Assembly (NCBI GenBank): GCA_028534125.1
Contig: CM052831.1
Coordinates: 1,240,001-1,304,000 of the forward strand
Direction: 5' to 3'
DNA: 64,000 nucleotides
Source: Lama glama
Lineage: Eukaryota
The position numbers and the translations under genes were made by a program. This document shows, in pieces, positions 63,604 to 64,000 of this stretch; positions within the stretch are counted from its first letter, which is position 1; each line of letters starts with the position of its first letter. The notes beneath the pieces are model-generated. The model saw only the letters and a list, made by a program, of their open reading frames with translations, made no database searches and was not told the origin of the DNA.

Positions 63604-64000
63604 TGTTGTTGTTTAATAAAGAATTCGGTCTTTGTCCTGGGTTCCTGGGACAGAGCTTCTAAAACCCTTGGGATTTCCAGTGGTAGGAGTGTCTTTGCCA
63701 TTCACGGGGACCCCTGGCCTCCACCTGAGTTTATGCGAGAGGAAGACTAAGGAGCAGCCATGTGACTGGAGTGCTGGGGCTTTGGGCCAAGACACCGACC
63801 TGGTCTCTTGACCTCTGAGGAGGGCCGAGGGGGTGGATCGAGGACAGTCTCACGGCCAGTGGTTCAATCAGTCGTGCCTCAGTAATGAAACCCCAATAAA
63901 AACTGGACACTGGGGCCCAGTGGCCCTTCCTGGTTGGGAAAGGGACTGGCGTGCCAGGAGGGTGACGTGCCCTGGCTCCTCGGGGCTGGTGTGCGCAGTG
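63604..64000 (+). mobile_element. MER21 (B/C)-type ERVL LTR, running to the window end
   Basis: ggtctttgtcctgggttcctgggacagagcttctaaaacccttgggatttcc...acctgagtttatgc...ttcaatcagtcgtgcctcagtaatgaaacccc. Confidence 0.8.

Larger units (their letters stand above)
18899..64000 (+). other. EEFSEC: EEFSEC intron 1 (partial, >45 kb)
   Basis: GT donor at 18899. The expected exon 2 peptide (AQIIDLMMLVIDVTKG-like) was not found downstream; sequence is repeat-rich and non-coding. Confidence 0.85.

Overview
Mammalian genomic DNA, not prokaryotic: the head-to-head RUVBL1/EEFSEC locus. The minus strand carries RUVBL1 (Pontin, AAA+ ATPase) coding exons 1-3 (10403-10263, 6286-6200, 660-528), and the gene continues past the window start. 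The plus strand carries EEFSEC (selenocysteine-specific elongation factor) coding exon 1 (18592-18898) followed by >45 kb of intron 1; I could not find exon 2 in the window. Each gene has its own CpG island and the two ATGs are 8.2 kb apart. The rest is ancient mammalian repeats (MIR, L2, L1M, MER20, MER102, Tigger1/2, MLT1, LTR33, MER21, an ERV1 remnant), two N-gaps and AT-richer repeat-poor islands that look like enhancers. I saw no Alu, B1/B2, Can-SINE, Bov-A/tA, PRE1 or CHR-2. An artiodactyl-type L1 3' end and a short Tigger2 derivative suggest a cetartiodactyl, possibly a camelid (inference). Nearly all other ORFs in the track are GC-content artefacts. I found no convincing new multi-gene system. 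Best leads: an L1 3'-transduction-like insert nested in L2, a candidate recursive/poison exon containing a perfect NRF2/BACH1 ARE, GATA/FOX/homeobox motif clusters that could belong to the neighbouring GATA2 regulatory block, and 100% GC3 in EEFSEC exon 1 with GC-shifted old repeats. Repeat family names come from recalled consensus sequences and their boundaries are approximate.
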